Of a stretch of 64,000 nt of DNA, positions 63,266 through 64,000 are shown piece by piece. Each line of letters starts with the position of its first letter. Position 1 is the first letter of the stretch. The notes under the pieces are model-generated. The model was not told where the DNA came from. It searched no databases and was given only the letters and a program-made list of their open reading frames with translations. The position numbers were made by a program, and so were the translations under genes. This DNA is from Acidobacteriota bacterium. GTDB lineage: Bacteria > Acidobacteriota > UBA6911 > RPQK01 > JAJDTT01. Location of the stretch: the NCBI GenBank assembly GCA_965217775.1, contig CBDCJH010000002.1:1664001-1728000 (forward strand). Reading direction: 5' to 3'.

Positions 63266-63988
63266 ATGATGCAAGGTTGTTGTCTGATCGCTCAGGGTTC
63301 CTTCGGAAGCTTCTGGTCTCTCATCGCCCAGAGCGGGCCGGTGGCCCTGCTGGTACTTCTGGTCCTGCTCTTCTTCTCCGTTTTATCTTGGACTATCATC
63401 GTCTCCAAGGTAAGGGCCTACAAGAGGGTGGAAGAGCAGTCGTTCGAGTTCACCGAATTCTTCCGGCGCAGTTCCAGCCTCTCCGAGATCCACCGCGCCT
63501 GCGATGACTACCCGCTTTCTCCGCTGGCCGGCGTATTCAAGGCCGGCTATCGGGAGCTGGATCATTGGATTCAGGCCAAGGGAGACAGGAGTCGGACCAA
63601 CCCCATGGACCAGCACGTGGCCATACGCAGCATTGGGGGCCTGGAACGGGCGTTGCGCAAGGCGGCGAGCGCCGAGATGACCACCCTGGAAAGCTCCTTG
63701 AGTTGGCTGGCGACGACCGGATCGGTCACCCCGTTCATCGGACTTTTCGGAACGGTCATCGGGATCATCAACGCGTTTCAGGGATTGGGAGAGGGTTCGG
63801 GCACCACCATCCAGGCCGTTGCCCCCGGAATCAGTGAGGCCTTGGTCGCGACGGCGGCGGGCCTATTCGCCGCAATTCCTGCGGTGATTGCCTACAACCA
63901 TTTTCTGAACCGGCTCAAGATCATCGGCATCGAAATGGACGATTTCACCACTGAGCTCCTGAATCTGATCGAGCGGAGTTTCGCTTGA
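63266..63988 (+). CDS. tolQ: TolQ/ExbB proton channel protein; the ATG at 63988 probably begins TolR/ExbD
   Basis: LATTGSVTPFIGLFGTV, VAPGISEALVATAAGLFAAIPAV. Confidence 0.88.
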   Translation: MMQGCCLIAQGSFGSFWSLIAQSGPVALLVLLVLLFFSVLSWTIIVSKVRAYKRVEEQSFEFTEFFRRSSSLSEIHRACDDYPLSPLAGVFKAGYRELDHWIQAKGDRSRTNPMDQHVAIRSIGGLERALRKAASAEMTTLESSLSWLATTGSVTPFIGLFGTVIGIINAFQGLGEGSGTTIQAVAPGISEALVATAAGLFAAIPAVIAYNHFLNRLKIIGIEMDDFTTELLNLIERSFA

Positions 63989-64000
63989 TGGAACGGATCC

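Overview
This is a GC-rich bacterial chromosome segment; the rRNA sequence and gene content suggest Acidobacteriota (inference, not a database result). (i) 1-1861 holds the 3' part of a large protein with a C-terminal AlkB-type 2OG-Fe(II) dioxygenase. (ii) About 1.9-17.8 kb is a catabolic cluster: exported beta-propeller, TIM-barrel and SGNH hydrolases, IolD, an Nramp-related permease, a Gfo/Idh/MocA dehydrogenase and a cupin, plus a tRNA-Arg(ACG) that abuts a CDS. (iii) nadE follows. (iv) The rRNA locus is split: 16S and 23S-5S each have their own promoter, boxA, processing stem and terminator. The ~7.1 kb between them carries a second, divergent glnA and three nested mobile elements: an IS4-like transposase interrupted by an IS3 (3-bp target duplication), itself interrupted by a RIT tyrosine-recombinase trio with 99-bp inverted repeats. 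(v) Housekeeping genes follow: mutL, aspS, hisS, accA, dnaE, guaA, uppP, ilvN. (vi) A C/N control locus has glnD-glnB converging on glnA-glnE-pyc. (vii) A dif site lies at 59247-59274, and KOPS polarity flips across it, so the window contains the replication terminus. (viii) The end holds a DUF151 nuclease, miaB, recN and tolQ. Two ~158-bp MITE-like repeat families are present. No CRISPR array was seen.
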